Below are positions 63,901-64,000 of a stretch of 64,000 nucleotides of DNA, piece by piece. The notes below the pieces were generated by a model, which saw nothing but the letters and a program-made list of their open reading frames with translations, was not told where the DNA came from and searched no databases. The DNA is from Nemertoderma westbladi. Taxonomy: Eukaryota; Animalia; Xenacoelomorpha. The DNA is taken from NCBI GenBank assembly GCA_032718475.1, contig JAUCBJ010008178.1:103386-167385 (forward strand), read 5' to 3'. A program made the translations under genes and the position numbers. The stretch's first letter is position 1. The number at the start of each line of letters is the position of its first letter.

Positions 63901-64000
63901 ATCAGCTATATAGTCAAACTCAATCCATATCTGACCTTCTACTGACTTATCTATAGATTTGATTCTGTCGAGTATAGCGTATTTAACAAGTAAGATTATA
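60957..64000 (-). mobile_element. APE-RT non-LTR retrotransposon, 3' portion, with short (CTA)n tail
   Basis: ORF2 followed by a ~150-bp 3' UTR ending CCGTCTACTACTACTAC at ~60957; runs off the window end. Confidence 0.9.
61117..63999 (-). CDS. LINE ORF2 (endonuclease + reverse transcriptase + C-terminal Zn finger), 5'-partial, uninterrupted
   Basis: APE motifs GVYIPP, GDFNAR, SEID, SDH; RT motifs NYRGLS, FIDFSKAYDRV, GVRQG, LFMDDT, YLG; CYC...EHHVLLKC. Frame stays open from 63897 to the window edge. Confidence 0.95.
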   Translation of the reverse strand: MILLVKYAILDRIKSIDKSVEGQIWIEFDYIADILFGGVYIPPNDSLYYDDSLFAELHHKFDSSKDFVALGDFNARVGIPQIYDIDNEINTSNLHYRNVSDLTVNKSGQILQCICTATNSIVCNNLCSGYSNLGGGLTYKKGGKWVSEIDLCVSSSNIYGTIATLDVHQDILGSDHAPISILVKVDRENFRVDKKGLFTRSMSLGHSIYEDGDAVKLTGVAMDIKGLSHKFVECDKFEARIAQCDPPVISDTNDVDTLLDSFFGTIDEAARSCRRSRNDPVITRDPDACRWDHIINSNDPKSLWKALDWNGNISFEDENNANTAPEDEEFRTHFESLLNPSEPADIDSDITSTIYVPCLDDPFTQREFAEGLADMKTNKGYIGVSPGLLTRLPGAWLIFILSIFNLIFIGAIYPVKWAVSKLITCFKSGNRLDCGNYRGLSIMTTLLKFFDILIYNRLKYWINLDKCQAGAQKGRGCIEHILGLRLIIDYAIFKKSKLYVVFIDFSKAYDRVPRDKMFELLKSSGCGFRMLFIIKALYSATKSILRSAVILTTIGVRQGAPSSGILFCMYLNKLVIMLKEAVKCDGFLGALVCLLFMDDTVIVSTSRKNCEIKLRALYDYCTVFGMVINQKKSKFFVINGNVDDSKPFILGTTVISTCEFYVYLGSVFAADGRISTALKHHIIICERTINKFAIFCSKNTSLPFALKKKVFDACIISSILYGCETWLSVNACTKQIEPVFNRLIKILLSVRQQTPIDLCLIEFNIPPLSHYIVNARLKYVKNMFKLPVHDTDVPLYYIYDLCKAANTPGYRCLMSALDYKVDDPLTSVRLRVLNKPLSATKFRTYSDTINPGLTAHPLYSCLKPVIPDFKRVHFTRLRLMSHRLRVETGRWTRVAPELRVCYCDNTSVQNEHHVLLKCPISEHIRIKFVQLDFTDLSSLFSTDLLVDLCSYVSEVLCLYY

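Overview
AT-rich, repeat-dense eukaryotic (metazoan-like) genomic DNA; the organism cannot be identified from this window. Two host genes are recognisable, both on the minus strand: the first coding exon of a TSPAN3-like tetraspanin (11470-10886), sitting between a >10.5-kb 45-bp satellite and an 8.9-kb 40-bp satellite, and an intronless CCDC125 homolog (24566-23067). The most notable feature is a 4.9-kb TIR DNA transposon (27146-32029, TATGG...CCATA ends, IS3EU-like). It carries an interrupted IS3-type DDE transposase and a convergent, intact 516-aa cargo ORF with a SIM-like motif and a HECT E3-ligase N-lobe but no catalytic C-lobe. The 45-bp satellite monomer appears to be an amplified junction of a MULE-like MITE (TIR + flank + 9-bp TSD); an unamplified sibling MITE lies at 25632-25843. 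A BEL/Pao gag-protease ORF without RT/RNaseH/integrase (39804-41801) lies inside what may be a 4.4-kb opposite-strand LTR. The rest is non-LTR retrotransposon copies (one with an uninterrupted ORF2 running off the window end), DNA-transposon ends, tRNA-like SINE heads and a 1.15-kb tandem duplication. All protein family calls come from motif recognition by eye, not database searches.
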